From contig JAAOMT010000468.1 of assembly GCA_016748015.1 (NCBI GenBank), positions 790,619-854,618 of the forward strand: a stretch of 64,000 bases of DNA. The letters run 5' to 3'. Source of the DNA: Geosiphon pyriformis uo1 (lineage: Eukaryota > Fungi > Glomeromycota). The position numbers and the translations under genes were made by a program. Shown piece by piece: positions 37,681-49,100 of the stretch. The notes beneath the pieces were generated by a model that was given only the letters and a program-made list of their open reading frames with translations, searched no databases and was not told the DNA's origin. Each line of letters opens with the position of its first letter. Position 1 is the first letter of the stretch.

Positions 37681-39380
37681 AACAACACCAATAAAATAAC
37701 TAGCAACAAAATAATAAATAGTAACAACAAAATAATAGATAGTAAAATAAACAGTAGCAGCAATAAGATAATTAGTAATTAAATAATTAATAACAATAAC
37801 AAAATAATAAGCAACAAAATGCTCAACAATAACAATAAGATGTCTAGTAATTATAACAGAATAACCAAAAACAATGGCAATAATTATTAAACTAATAACA
37901 ATAATATAATATAGTAAATAATATTGAAAAAAAATCAAAAAAAAATCAAATTATAAGTAAAAAAATCAAGCAATTTCTTAAAAAATATAAGTATTTATTC
38001 TAATAATTTTTATGTTTTTTTTATTATAATTTCAAAAGACAAGATAATGTTTTTTATTATTTGTACTTTTAATATTATTTTGTATTAATTTTATATTTTT
38101 TAATAAGATAATAATAATCAAAACAATATATTATATAATATTATTAACTTATCTACTGGCTATTATAAAATACACCAAATTACTTATAATTAATATGTTA
38201 ATAATACCAAAGTAATGCCAAAAAAATGCTGTATAAAATACAAAACAGAAAATATCTTATAAAATTGAAGATTTTATGTAAATTAGAATTCCAAAGATTG
38301 ATTATTTAGATATTAATAGAAAGTTTTTAATTTGCAAAGTAATTAAAACTGTTAATAAAAGATTATATAGACTAAGATACAAGTTAAAAATATTAAAAAA
38401 TTTTTACTATATAACAAAGTTAATATCTATTAAGACTACTAATTTTTTAGAATTACAAAAAATATCAAACACTTTTATTTTTTTATGTAAAGCAGTCTTA
38501 TGTTAAAGTTAGAAAAAAATAACAGATTATCAATACAATTGTAAAAAAAGCTGTAGAAATAATTATTGTAATTGCAAAAAAGCCAGAATTTTATATAATA
38601 CACAATATTATAGTGGTAGTAATAATGCTTGTAAGAATTGAAACAAATAATTAAAATTATTAGATATAATAATAAAAAAATGGGTCAAATATTAAAACTT
38701 TGATTTTTTTGATTGGCTAATAAAAGAGAAATTTTTTACTGGCCAATTAATCAAATAATATAATTAGTTAAGTTGATTCGAAATCAATACAGTATTGAAT
38801 TAAGGATTCCGAATTAACTCAAGTTAAGTTAATTTTGAATCAACTCAAATTCTGTTCTAACTCATAACATATACAAATGTCTATACAAAAGAAAACTTTA
38901 CATTATCATAATCTTCTATAGGTAAATCTTTTCGAGTAATTTTTTAATATAGTGTTAACATATCATGATTAAAATATCATATAAGGTTTTACTAAAATGG
39001 GTTTAACTAACCTAAAAAAATTAATATTTTTTATTATCCATTAAAATAAGATCTTTTAAACTTTGATTCAAAGCTAAAAGAAAGTAAAAAATAGTGCTAC
39101 AAAAAATTTAGGTCTAAAAATGAACATTAGGCTTCTTTTTTGAATTTAGAAAGTATCTAATATTTGAAAAAACATTAAAAATGATGATACGCACAGACTC
39201 TTGAATTTTTGGTAATTATTAAAATTCGTAATAATTAAAAATTAATAAACTTAGTTCTCTGCAAGGTTTGTGAAAATTTCATTATACCAATTTATTTTTT
39301 GCACCAATAATAGGATGACAAATATGGATATCAACATTCTAAGCCTTATTTGTCTGTTTTCATTTCATAAAAAAATTAGC

Positions 39381-39425
<45 letters not shown>
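39381..39425 (+). repeat. (TAT)15 microsatellite
   Basis: Perfect trinucleotide run. Confidence 0.95.
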
Positions 39426-39621
39426 GGTAATCAAAGGTAAATCCTCAAAATTAGATTCTTCAAGTTGAATTATTTTAATGTTTATCTTTAATATGTAAAT
39501 TAAATGAAAAAAGCAAAAAATATATATATTGTATATATCTTAATTGATAAAATTAATTTTGAGAAAAAAATGAAATAGAACTTTTCATTTTTACCCTGAA
39601 ATTAGTTTAGTTTGATTTAAT

Positions 39622-40130
39622 TTAGGCTCTGGCGAAGGGGTTCGTGTTTCGGGAGTGGTATCTGGAAGCTCTTAGGGTGTTCAAATCTGTCAAACTTAGT
39701 GTTGCTAAAATTGTGGTTTTCGTGCGTTTCTTTCTGCTCATGCACTGAGATAGGGTCTGGTTACCGATGTCACGTTTCAGAGCTGAGTGTGACAAATCGG
39801 GTTTGAATTCTGTAGTGGATGCTGATTTTGTTAGCTGACGACACGGTGTTGGGTTATATGCCTAGTGTTGGTTTGTTTGGTTTTGGGCACCTGAGTTATT
39901 TTGGCTTGTTTTCGGCTCCTAAAATTTTTTTCTAGTGTTTCGGTATTATGGGATCGCGTTGCACACGTTTTGTATGGTTCCGAGAGGTTATTGTATAGTG
40001 CTTAGTGGTGTCTTGACGTAAGTCCGGGTGGCTGGTCACGTGTAGAAAGCGCAGGATCCACGCCTATTGTTTAACACGTGTGTGTTTTGCGTGAGTAGGT
40101 AGTGGAAGGACCTCACTTTGTTAAAGCATT
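39622..40130 (+). mobile_element. Short 5'-truncated LINE copy of a divergent family, CpG-rich
   Basis: Translates to ALAKGFVFREWYLEALRVF..DRVWL..DKSGL, matching the ORF2 C-terminus (ICKSFVLKSWFIKATLVF); stop at 40003-40005; 3' motif GGCTGGTCACGTGTAGAAAGCGC. Confidence 0.8.
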
Positions 40131-41763
40131 AATTTAATTTAATGTGGAAACTAGTAAAAATTTAATATATTGAAAAATTATCTTTAATAAAAGAGTGCTT
40201 ATTTGATAAAGCATATAATATGGTGGACTTAGAAAAGGTGTTCAATCATATATAATTTTATTTCAATAAAGAAATTAGGAATATGTACAGTAAAGAGAAC
40301 TTATGTTTAATGTATAGCCCCTTTATTTTTTAAAATATTTAACCTAATTATTGATAATTGTCCTAAAGTTTGAATATAATCAAAAGAATAAGATTCCAAA
40401 ATATTTAGGATGGTCTAAATATATCAAAAGATCAAAATCTAAAATGTAAAGAAAGGCTTTTAAAAAGGTGACGATGATTTTTTTAAAAGTTCTGCATGTT
40501 CCACATTGGTAATAACTTGCTTAACAATATTTTTTGGCATGAACTCTAAAGTGCTATCAATTGATTGGATTACAAGTTTGTTTCCTTTTCGGAGGACTTG
40601 TTTTAATCGTAAACGTGACTATCGACGCAAAAGTAGCCTTTTCTCTCACAGCGATTCTTTGTTTCTAGACTCTGTTTTTGGATCGGATGGTGACTGATTT
40701 AAGAATCGAAGCTTCTATTTACAAGTTCGAGTATATCTGGATTACACATTGATGGGGATTGCCTCCAACCCCACTAAACTTTCTATCATTAAGATTTAGC
40801 TTTGAGATTGATAAAGATGATGAATGTTTAAATAGATGGAAAAAAAAATACACTTTACTTTCTTGAGCAATTTTCAATTTTTAATTAGGAAAAAAATATA
40901 CCATTTACACATATATCATTATTTTAATTTTCATGTTGCGAGAAATTTAAAATAAATATTAAAAAACAGCGAAAAATCAATCAATGAAGACAAAAGTCAT
41001 CGTAATAATTAGGCTTTTAAAAGAAATACTTTGAGTATTTATATTTTTGAGATTTTAGAAAAAATACAAAGTACTTTTATAAAATGAGAATATTTTATTT
41101 CCCGAGACTCTTAATATAAACACATGTTTTTACTTCAAATTAGAGCTACATAATTAAATTTAACACTCTGTCAAAATTCAAATTTTCCTACCAAGCGTTT
41201 GTTAAAAGTGGATTAAATTTTTACTCCCTTTCACGCACATTTACTCCTATGAACTAGTATTTTTAAAATTTTTAGAAATCAAAAATACTTTTAATATTTT
41301 AGTTATAATTTTATGAATAATCTCAGCGGATATTATTAATGTTAGAATATTTATTACGGGGGGTGAAACTTTTAATTATATCAGATTTAGCATCAATTTT
41401 AGCGCAAAAAAGTTTTCTTAATGTATCTCTCCATTGTATGATTTCGTTATCTAGGAACGATGTCTTGGAAAAATACATTAGGAATGTTACACTCATATTT
41501 AAAATATACGAGAAGATATTTTAATATTGAACTTTGTCTTTTGAAAAAATTAAAATAGTGAATTCAATGTAAATTTTAAATAGGGCCTTTCAAAAAATCA
41601 ATAAATTTCTTTAATTGATTTTTTTGTGTAAAAGCTATCCCCCTTTTTAAAGGGATAATCGAAAATTTCACATTTCAATTCATAAAACACTTAAATTTTA
41701 TACTTTCGGAAAAAAATGAAAAATCGATTCCCCCCTCATGTAATTATGTGAAATCTTAAAGTG

Positions 41764-42196
41764 NNNNNNNNNNNNNNNNNNNNNNNNNNNNNNNNNNNNN
41801 NNNNNNNNNNNNNNNNNNNNNNNNNNNNNNNNNNNNNNNNNNNNNNNNNNNNNNNNNNNNNNNNNNNNNNNNNNNNNNNNNNNNNNNNNNNNNNNNNNNN
41901 NNNNNNNNNNNNNNNNNNNNNNNNNNNNNNNNNNNNNNNNNNNNNNNNNNNNNNNNNNNNNNNNNNNNNNNNNNNNNNNNNNNNNNNNNNNNNNNNNNNN
42001 NNNNNNNNNNNNNNNNNNNNNNNNNNNNNNNNNNNNNNNNNNNNNNNNNNNNNNNNNNNNNNNNNNNNNNNNNNNNNNNNNNNNNNNNNNNNNNNNNNNN
42101 NNNNNNNNNNNNNNNNNNNNNNNNNNNNNNNNNNNNNNNNNNNNNNNNNNNNNNNNNNNNNNNNNNNNNNNNNNNNNNNNNNNNNNNNNNNNNNNN
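41764..42196. other. assembly gap
   Basis: N run. Confidence 1.
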
Positions 42197-42295
42197 CCCG
42201 CTCTTCACTCTTGTAAGAAATCTTAAACTACAACAACCTCCTCCCGCTCTTCACTCTTGTAAGAAATCTTAAACTATCCCCCTCCCACTCTTTAT
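42197..42295. repeat. 46-bp tandem repeat (~2 copies), repeated at ~43314-43415
   Basis: CCCGCTCTTCACTCTTGTAAGAAATCTTAAACTA at 42197 and 42243. Confidence 0.9.
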
Positions 42296-42409
42296 TCTTC
42301 CAAGGCATAAATAACAGACTAACAATTATCAATTCCTCACCACCTAACCCTAAAATTTAATTCAGTTATTTGATGATCGATTGTTCATGATTTTCTATTC
42401 CGTATTCAT

Positions 42410-42697
42410 TGGCTATTTGAAGGTTGAATTGCGAATTACTAGTGGGTGATGGTTATTTGAATGTTGAAATCGCCCATTTTTGGTGGCCGGTGGTTATTCG
42501 AATGTTGAGTTGCGAATTATTGGTAGGTGGTTATATTTGAATGTTGAAGTCGCGCATTTTTGATGGCCGGTGGTTATTCGAATGTTGAGTTGCGAATTAT
42601 TGATGGCTGGTGGTTATTCGAATGTTGAGTTGCGAATTATTGATGGCTGGTGGTTATTCGAATCTTGAGTTGCGAATTATTGTTGGCCGGTGGTTAT
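42410..42697. repeat. 40-bp tandem repeat (~7 copies)
   Basis: TGGTTATTCGAATGTTGAGTTGCGAATTATTGATGGCTGG-type units at 42571, 42611 and 42651, with degenerate copies upstream. Confidence 0.93.
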
Positions 42698-42711
42698 CCG
42701 TCAATAGTTGG

Positions 42712-42806
42712 TGTCAAACTAGAGTCAATCTCAATAGGGTCTTCTTTTCCCACCGATTTTGCCAAGCCCGTTCCCTTGGCTGTGGTTTCACTACATAGTA
42801 GATAGG
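42712..42806 (-). rRNA. Degenerate 28S (LSU) rRNA fragment, not a functional gene
   Basis: - strand CCTATCTACTATGTAGTGAAACCACAGCCAAGGGAACGGGCTTGGCAAAATCGGTGGGAAAAGAAGACCCTATTGAGATTGACTCTAGTTTGACA matches the conserved eukaryotic LSU core with several substitutions. Confidence 0.92.
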
Positions 42807-42920
42807 AAGAGTTTAACCCATGATGCACATCATTAACCATAAGTGGAAACAGACATTTAGCTGGAATGCGGCAAGCACAGAGGTTAAATAACAATTCATG
42901 TCATTGACCGTAAGTGGAAG

Positions 42921-43153
42921 NNNNNNNNNNNNNNNNNNNNNNNNNNNNNNNNNNNNNNNNNNNNNNNNNNNNNNNNNNNNNNNNNNNNNNNNNNNNNNNN
43001 NNNNNNNNNNNNNNNNNNNNNNNNNNNNNNNNNNNNNNNNNNNNNNNNNNNNNNNNNNNNNNNNNNNNNNNNNNNNNNNNNNNNNNNNNNNNNNNNNNNN
43101 NNNNNNNNNNNNNNNNNNNNNNNNNNNNNNNNNNNNNNNNNNNNNNNNNNNNN
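42921..43153. other. assembly gap
   Basis: N run. Confidence 1.
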
Positions 43154-43517
43154 AAACAATAAACAGTAAATAACAAGAGTTAATCAAAATTGGCAACGGG
43201 TGAACAACTTTGACATTGTAAAAACCCTTCCATGATAACTTTGTTATATACTGGTAAAGTTTTATTCCTAGACTAGATGGATATAGAAAAGATAATTGAC
43301 AAATGTGGCTATCCCCTCCCGCTCTTCACTCTTGTAAGAAATCTTAAACTACAACAACCTCCTCCCGCTCTTCACTCTTGTAAGAAATCTTAAACTATCC
43401 CCCTCCCACTCTTTATTCTTCCAAGGCATAAATAACAGACTAACAATTATCAATTCCTCACCACCTAACCCTAAAATTTAATTCAGTTATTTGATGATCG
43501 ATTGTTCATGATTTTCT

Positions 43518-43567
43518 NNNNNNNNNNNNNNNNNNNNNNNNNNNNNNNNNNNNNNNNNNNNNNNNNN
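43518..43567. other. assembly gap (50 N)
   Basis: N run where the 40-bp array is expected in the second unit. Confidence 1.
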
Positions 43568-43581
43568 CCGTCAATTGTTGG

Positions 43582-43676
43582 TGTCAAACTAGAGTCAATC
43601 TCAATAGGGTCTTCTTTTCCCACCGATTTTGCCAAGCCCGTTCCCTTGGCTGTGGTTTCACTACATAGTAGATAGG
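43582..43676 (-). rRNA. Second copy of the degenerate 28S rRNA fragment
   Basis: Matches 42712-42806. Confidence 0.92.
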
Positions 43677-43689
43677 AAGAGTTTAACCC

Positions 43690-43965
43690 ATGATGCACAT
43701 CATTAACCATAAGTGGAAACAGACATTTAGCTGGAATGCGGCAAGCACAGAGGTTAAATAACAATTCATGTCATTGACCGTAAGTGGAAGCAGACATTCA
43801 GCAGAACGGGTGCACGCACAGAGGTATAACAATTCATGTCATTGACCGTAAGTGGAAGCAGACATTCGGAAGAACAGGTGCACGCACAGAGGTATAACAA
43901 TTCATGTCATAGACCCTAAGTGAAAACAGACATTCGGCAGAATGGGTGCATGCACAGAGGTTAGA
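43690..43965. repeat. 68-bp tandem repeat (~4 copies); also starts at ~42820-42920
   Basis: ACAATTCATGTCAT.. recurs at 43761, 43829 and 43897. Confidence 0.93.
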
Positions 43966-44069
43966 GAACACCACACTTGGCGATATAAAGGAGTTGGAAA
44001 CCCCGTGCTTGGTTGAGTTTCTTCGGTTAAGGTTGGGGTTCTTTCCGGTAAAGGATGCCCCCCTCCCTC

Positions 44070-44186
44070 ACCCAACACTTAGAGCTAGAAGAGATACGTC
44101 AACACCCTTACCTGGATTGTTCTATCAACTAGAGGCTTTTAACCTTGGAGACCTGCTGCGGTTATCAGTACGACTCGGGGCGAGAA
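44070..44186 (-). rRNA. Degenerate 28S rRNA fragment from further upstream in the LSU, with an internal deletion
   Basis: - strand GTCGTACTGATAACCGCAGCAGGTCTCCAAGGTTAAAAGCCTCTAGTTGATAGAACAAT..GTAAGGG, then GCTCTAAGTGTTGGGT. Confidence 0.9.
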
Positions 44187-44410
44187 TGAACCTCTTAGAT
44201 TTTTTATTCGTTATTGGTAAGTTGTTAACGACACTGGTAATTCGGATTTTGGTGTTCCTTGGATTCGTGAGTCGTGATTCGTTAGTCATACTGGTTATAG
44301 CTGTTTGTGTTCGTGAGTTGGTGGACGCCGGTAATTTGTCGTTGGTAGTTGATAAAGGCAAGAGTAATCATATATAGGATAAAATTTTGCTTGAAGGCAG
44401 AGAACACCTC

Positions 44411-44493
44411 TTTATATATGTTACTGCCTCTAAGTTGTTGATTTCGATATTGGCTGTTTATCAAAAATTACGCGTTTGTATTTCACGCGAAAA
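44411..44493 (-). promoter_or_regulatory. Putative Pol II promoter cassette (TATA, CCAAT, ACGCGT, CGCGAAAA)
   Basis: - strand TATATAAA 44411-44418 and CCAAT 44449-44453; ACGCGT 44470-44475; CACGCGAAAA 44484-44493. Motif match only. Confidence 0.35.
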
Positions 44494-45497
44494 CAAGAAT
44501 ATAAGGGTGGAGTTAACTAGACCTTTTTAGTAAATTTGATTTGAAGATAACCTCCCTAGTTTTTAAAATGTAGTCATTAAACGTGTTTTCCATCTAGGTT
44601 TAAAGACAAAGCGTCACTTTTTGAAACCTTGTAAACAGTTAAGTACTTTCTGGAATTTATTTTAGAATAAACAACAGTCATGAGGATCCGCGTAATATTA
44701 AGCTGATTCTCATGACTCGTTTTTTTTGATTCGACTATCCTAAAATGGCTAAATATAATCAGTATGGGAAATCAAATTCACATCCCCCTTAAAACCGTGG
44801 GACCCATTATTACAATGTAAATGGTCAGTGATTAAGTACATGGCGTCCATATTTCGAAAACACAATCGGAAGTGCCTCTAATCTAATGTTAGTGTTTAGG
44901 CGTCACACTAACATCCCTTCCCTCTTTTGGTTTTATCGTTCATGGAAATAGACCTTTTATTGCGTTATATAAATACCCCATTTTTTAAAGTGTGTATATT
45001 GCTAAGAAAAAGCATTATTATTGTTAAGAAAATTTTCAACACCATGCTTTTTTACTAGTAACATATGATATATTTCATTACCAATATAGAAATAACTATA
45101 AATATTATAAACTTTTATCTTAGAAGATTTCAATCTTGTCAATAAAAAAAAGCTTATTTTTACAAAGATAGAAAAAATGTTATTAGAAATTTTTATGGTT
45201 TTTTAATGCAAAAATATCAATATATACTATAAAAATTATCATTAAAATTATATAAAAAAATCTTATATTATTTGATAAATAAAAAATAAAAGATTAACAA
45301 TTAGCTCAATAATAACAAAAAAATATGATATAATTTAATATTGGCAAATTAAAAAACACCAATAAAAATTAAAATTAATATATATAATCTGATAAAAATA
45401 AGCTTTATTATACTTTAAGATTCTTATATACTCTTATTTGTGCAGTTTAAAATTTCAAATCTGCAATTATTATTTAAAAATAGTTATCAAAAAATAT

Positions 45498-46127
45498 TGT
45501 TATGGTTAAAACTTATACTTCTTATTAATTATTACATATATTAACCACTAATGTTATATAAATTAGCCACTCTATTTTTAGAAAGTGATTATTGACTACT
45601 TTTGATAGCTATATAAGTGATAAATCTCTTAACTATAGAAAAGCATATAGAAATCAAGGAAATAAAATAAATAAAATAACAACTTTCATCTCAATCTTTC
45701 TCTTATCACTAATTTCCCTTTTCTTATCTTCAAGTATTTGAATATCTTGGAATAAAAGATTATTTGTTGGCATTTACCTACTCTTTTCCTGACTTGTATA
45801 ATTGTAGCATTTGAAGATTATTAAATAAAACATAACTGAAGAATATATCTGATATCTGATATTGAATTCTAAGAGCACTGATGTGAAGCATAGAATTATA
45901 CCAGATGTAATTATTTGTTGACAGTATAGACTATTCCTTTATCTTCAAATTCTCTGGTTATCTTTGAAAAGTATAGTAACTAAGATATTTTATAAGACTG
46001 ATCTCATATATTGAATTCATACTTATTCAATTTGTTCTTTAAAGTTGATTTCTTTTTGATTTTTTTAATTACTCTACAATCCTGTTTTTCCTTGCTATCC
46101 ATTAGTTTGTTACTCTAATCTGTAACA
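45498..46127 (+). repeat. 5' LTR of Gypsy B (630 bp)
   Basis: Direct repeat of 52458-53102. Confidence 0.93.
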
Positions 46128-46133
46128 TAAAAG

Positions 46134-46150
46134 TGGTACTCCCTATAAGG
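46134..46150 (+). promoter_or_regulatory. primer binding site of Gypsy B
   Basis: TGGTACTCCCTATAAGG, equal to the family A PBS with three G>A changes. Confidence 0.85.
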
Positions 46151-46179
46151 TTGTCAAAATCCACTTTGTTTTCTATTGT

Positions 46180-49100
46180 ATGGGTGATTATTCATATCTG
46201 CCACAACAATCAAAAGAACACTTTAAAGCATATAACAAAAACAATCTAGACTTTATTGAACTCAATTTTTTGTCTTTCTGTTTGATTTGCTTTTCTATTG
46301 AAAAACAATCCAGCAGACAATTCCAAGACTTTTGGAACTGGTTCCTAAATGAACATTCAGCTAAAACCTATAGAGTCTATACAACTTATTACTTTGATCA
46401 AGTTTATTTTGAAGACAATTTTGAAGAAAGAAACAATAACATCAATTAACTTTTATATTCCACAACCTTTAAACAACAGCCTCCTGATTTCGAATATCTA
46501 AATCATCAAATCCATACTTGAATTGCTGCCCATCAATTAACTAAGACTCCACTTGAAACAAAAAAAGAAAGCTATCAAACTGCTTCTGTTTTTAATCTCT
46601 TCTTAAGTAAATCAGAATATTTTACATAAACAGCTACTCCTAAACCAATGGCTAATAACTCTATACAACAAAACATCCTAATTGCCTTTTAAGATATACA
46701 AACTGCTTTAAGGTGAAAAAACAATACTCCACTACCATTATTCAGAGATAATGCACAAGATTCAATTAAATGGTTAGATGACTTTGAAAGAACTGCTACA
46801 GCCAACCAATATAATAATGAATACAAGTTCTAAATCATTGGTGGCTACCTCCAAGACTCTCTTGCTACTTGGTTCTTACAAGAAACTAATGCTAATGCTT
46901 ACCAAAGAATTATTAAATGAGCACCAATAAATATTGGAAAAGAAAACACTTCTTTCACAACCTGGTTTGAAACTAAATTTAGAACTCCTATTTTAATATC
47001 CAAATGACATATGGAATTAGAAAGAAGAACTCAAGGTTCTGGTGAAGTTGTAACTGAGTATGCCAAAGCAATCAGAAAATTAATCAAGCAAGTAGATTTT
47101 GGAAAAAACTGAACAGAAGAGCAAAAGATTTATTTCTTTACAAAAGAATTGAGAACTGATTTTTTCTATGTTCTTTGGTCTTTCTTGGCACTGAAAAACA
47201 ATCCCACAATGGATATGGCCATTGAACTTGCCCAGAGAATAGAAGACAACCAAAAAATGCACCTAAGATCCACACTTTCAGTTTTTGCTTTTGCTCCTGT
47301 TATGGCTTCTGCTTCCCAAATGGCTGCTACTTCTTTTGCTGCCCAAACTCAAGACTCAAATGAACAGTTAATAGATAGACTTACAGCTAATTTTGCCTAA
47401 TTACTGGAATTCTTAGCCCAAGCAGTCAGAAAGAATTAACAATTCCAAAGATCCAGATTTGAACTTCACTTTAATCAACCCCAGCAACCTTCTTATCCAA
47501 GACAACAAAATCATGGCCCACCTGTGTGTTATCACTGTGGATTAACTAGACATTTCTCCAAAGATTGTAACAATCCTCCCCTGCCTCCTCCAGCTCCCAA
47601 AAACAATAACAATCAAAACAACAAAACTATCAACAACAATATCTCCAACCAAAGACCCAATTATGCCAACATCAATTTCTTTGAAGAGAATTCCTTAGTT
47701 GAAACCACTGTTTATCAGTCTTTAAACTAGTAGGTGCACTTCCAAAGAGTGAGAGTACAAGCCAATCAGAAGAAAACTCTTTTTATGCTTTTAATCTAAC
47801 TGATAATGACCATAATATGGATGAACTAGCAATCAACATCTCTAAATTAACCAGAAAGAAGAAGAAAGCCAAGGTTAATTTTGTTTTGAACCTAAACAAA
47901 GCATTCAAATCAACTGCTGATAACAATAAGCCACCAAAGGCCAAAGTTTGCAAGAATCTTTCAAAGTTAGAACCTCCAGAAATAGTACAAAAATCTGGAT
48001 CTTATTCTATTGTTAAAGATCTCATGGAAATACCTGCTTACATTACTTTTGGCCAGTTAATGACCCATCTCCAATTCAGAAAAGACCTTCACAAATCTTT
48101 AATTCTCAAGAAAAAGACACCAAAAACCAACAAGCATTCACACCAAACTGGACTTGCTAATAACAGCAATGTTACTCCTCTCATTTGTAAAGCCCAAGTG
48201 GCTGGTTACTTCATTGATCTAATCCTAAACAGTAGATTATCTGTTAGCATTATTGCCAAATACTTTTTAGAAGCAATTGACAGAAAAATTAATAAACCAT
48301 CCACAAGATCAATGACCAATATACATGGTAACAAGAAGAAAAATTTAGGCATAGTCAAAGCTATTCCTGTTCGAATCAATGGCATCAGCAATAAAACTAA
48401 CATAAAAGTATCTGAAACAAAAGAATACATCATAATAGTTGACAATAAATGGCTTAAGAAAGCAAAAGCCTTGCTTGATTATGAACTCTGTAAACTGACC
48501 AACAGATGTGATAAGAAACCCATTGTGGTTAAGTGCCACCATTGGACAACTCCTCCAGTACCTACACAAAAACAAGAAAAAAAACAATCAGATAAATCAA
48601 ATAATGATAAAAGCAATGAAGAAGAAGATCAAGAAAAACAAAAAAAAACTGCTAAACTTACTTATACCATTTTTATTAATAACAGCAAGTCACTAAACAA
48701 TATTAAAACTGACAAAAAAAAATCATAGTAAATGACAAGCTAATCTGCTGGCCCTATTATAATATCTTCAGAAAAACCTTTAATAGAAAACCTGGCAAAA
48801 AAGCAAAATACAGTTATTAGTGATATAGTCCTTGTGCCAAATGCTGGTGTAATAAATCTTTGTATTCTCCTAGTAATAAATGCAAGTCTTGTCTAATCTA
48901 TTACAAAGATTAAGAACTAATTAGTTTGATATCCAGAGAAAAACTAAAAGAAGTACAGAAGTTCTTTGAAAGTAAACCACCTGAAATCCAATCATTAGTT
49001 GTAGAACAAAAAAAACCTTCTCTTAAAGAAAGAAAAATGGACATTGAAAATCTGTTGGCTAGGAATAATTCAGTTATCTTAAAAGAAGATGATACCTTTA

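Noticed and set aside
18063-37938. Many short F/L/I/K/N-rich ORFs as membrane or organellar proteins
   Set aside because: Compositional artefacts of AT-decayed LINE and intergenic DNA; collinear with LINE ORFs where testable.
40506-40800. CpG-containing stretch with a 63-aa ORF
   Set aside because: No recognisable motif or consistent exon structure on either strand.
41756-43764. X-filled ORFs
   Set aside because: They span assembly gaps.
42410-43965. 40-bp and 68-bp arrays as CRISPR arrays or hammerhead ribozyme repeats
   Set aside because: Head-to-tail units without unique spacers, no cas genes, eukaryotic context; no CUGANGA..GAAA core seen.
42712-44186. Functional rDNA unit
   Set aside because: Only ~100-bp LSU pieces with substitutions in conserved positions; no 18S, 5.8S or continuous 28S.
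43946-44464. ORFs 43946-44377(+), 44125-44361(-) and 44282-44464(-) as proteins
   Set aside because: Non-ATG starts; the first two run through rRNA-derived sequence; no domain similarity recognised.
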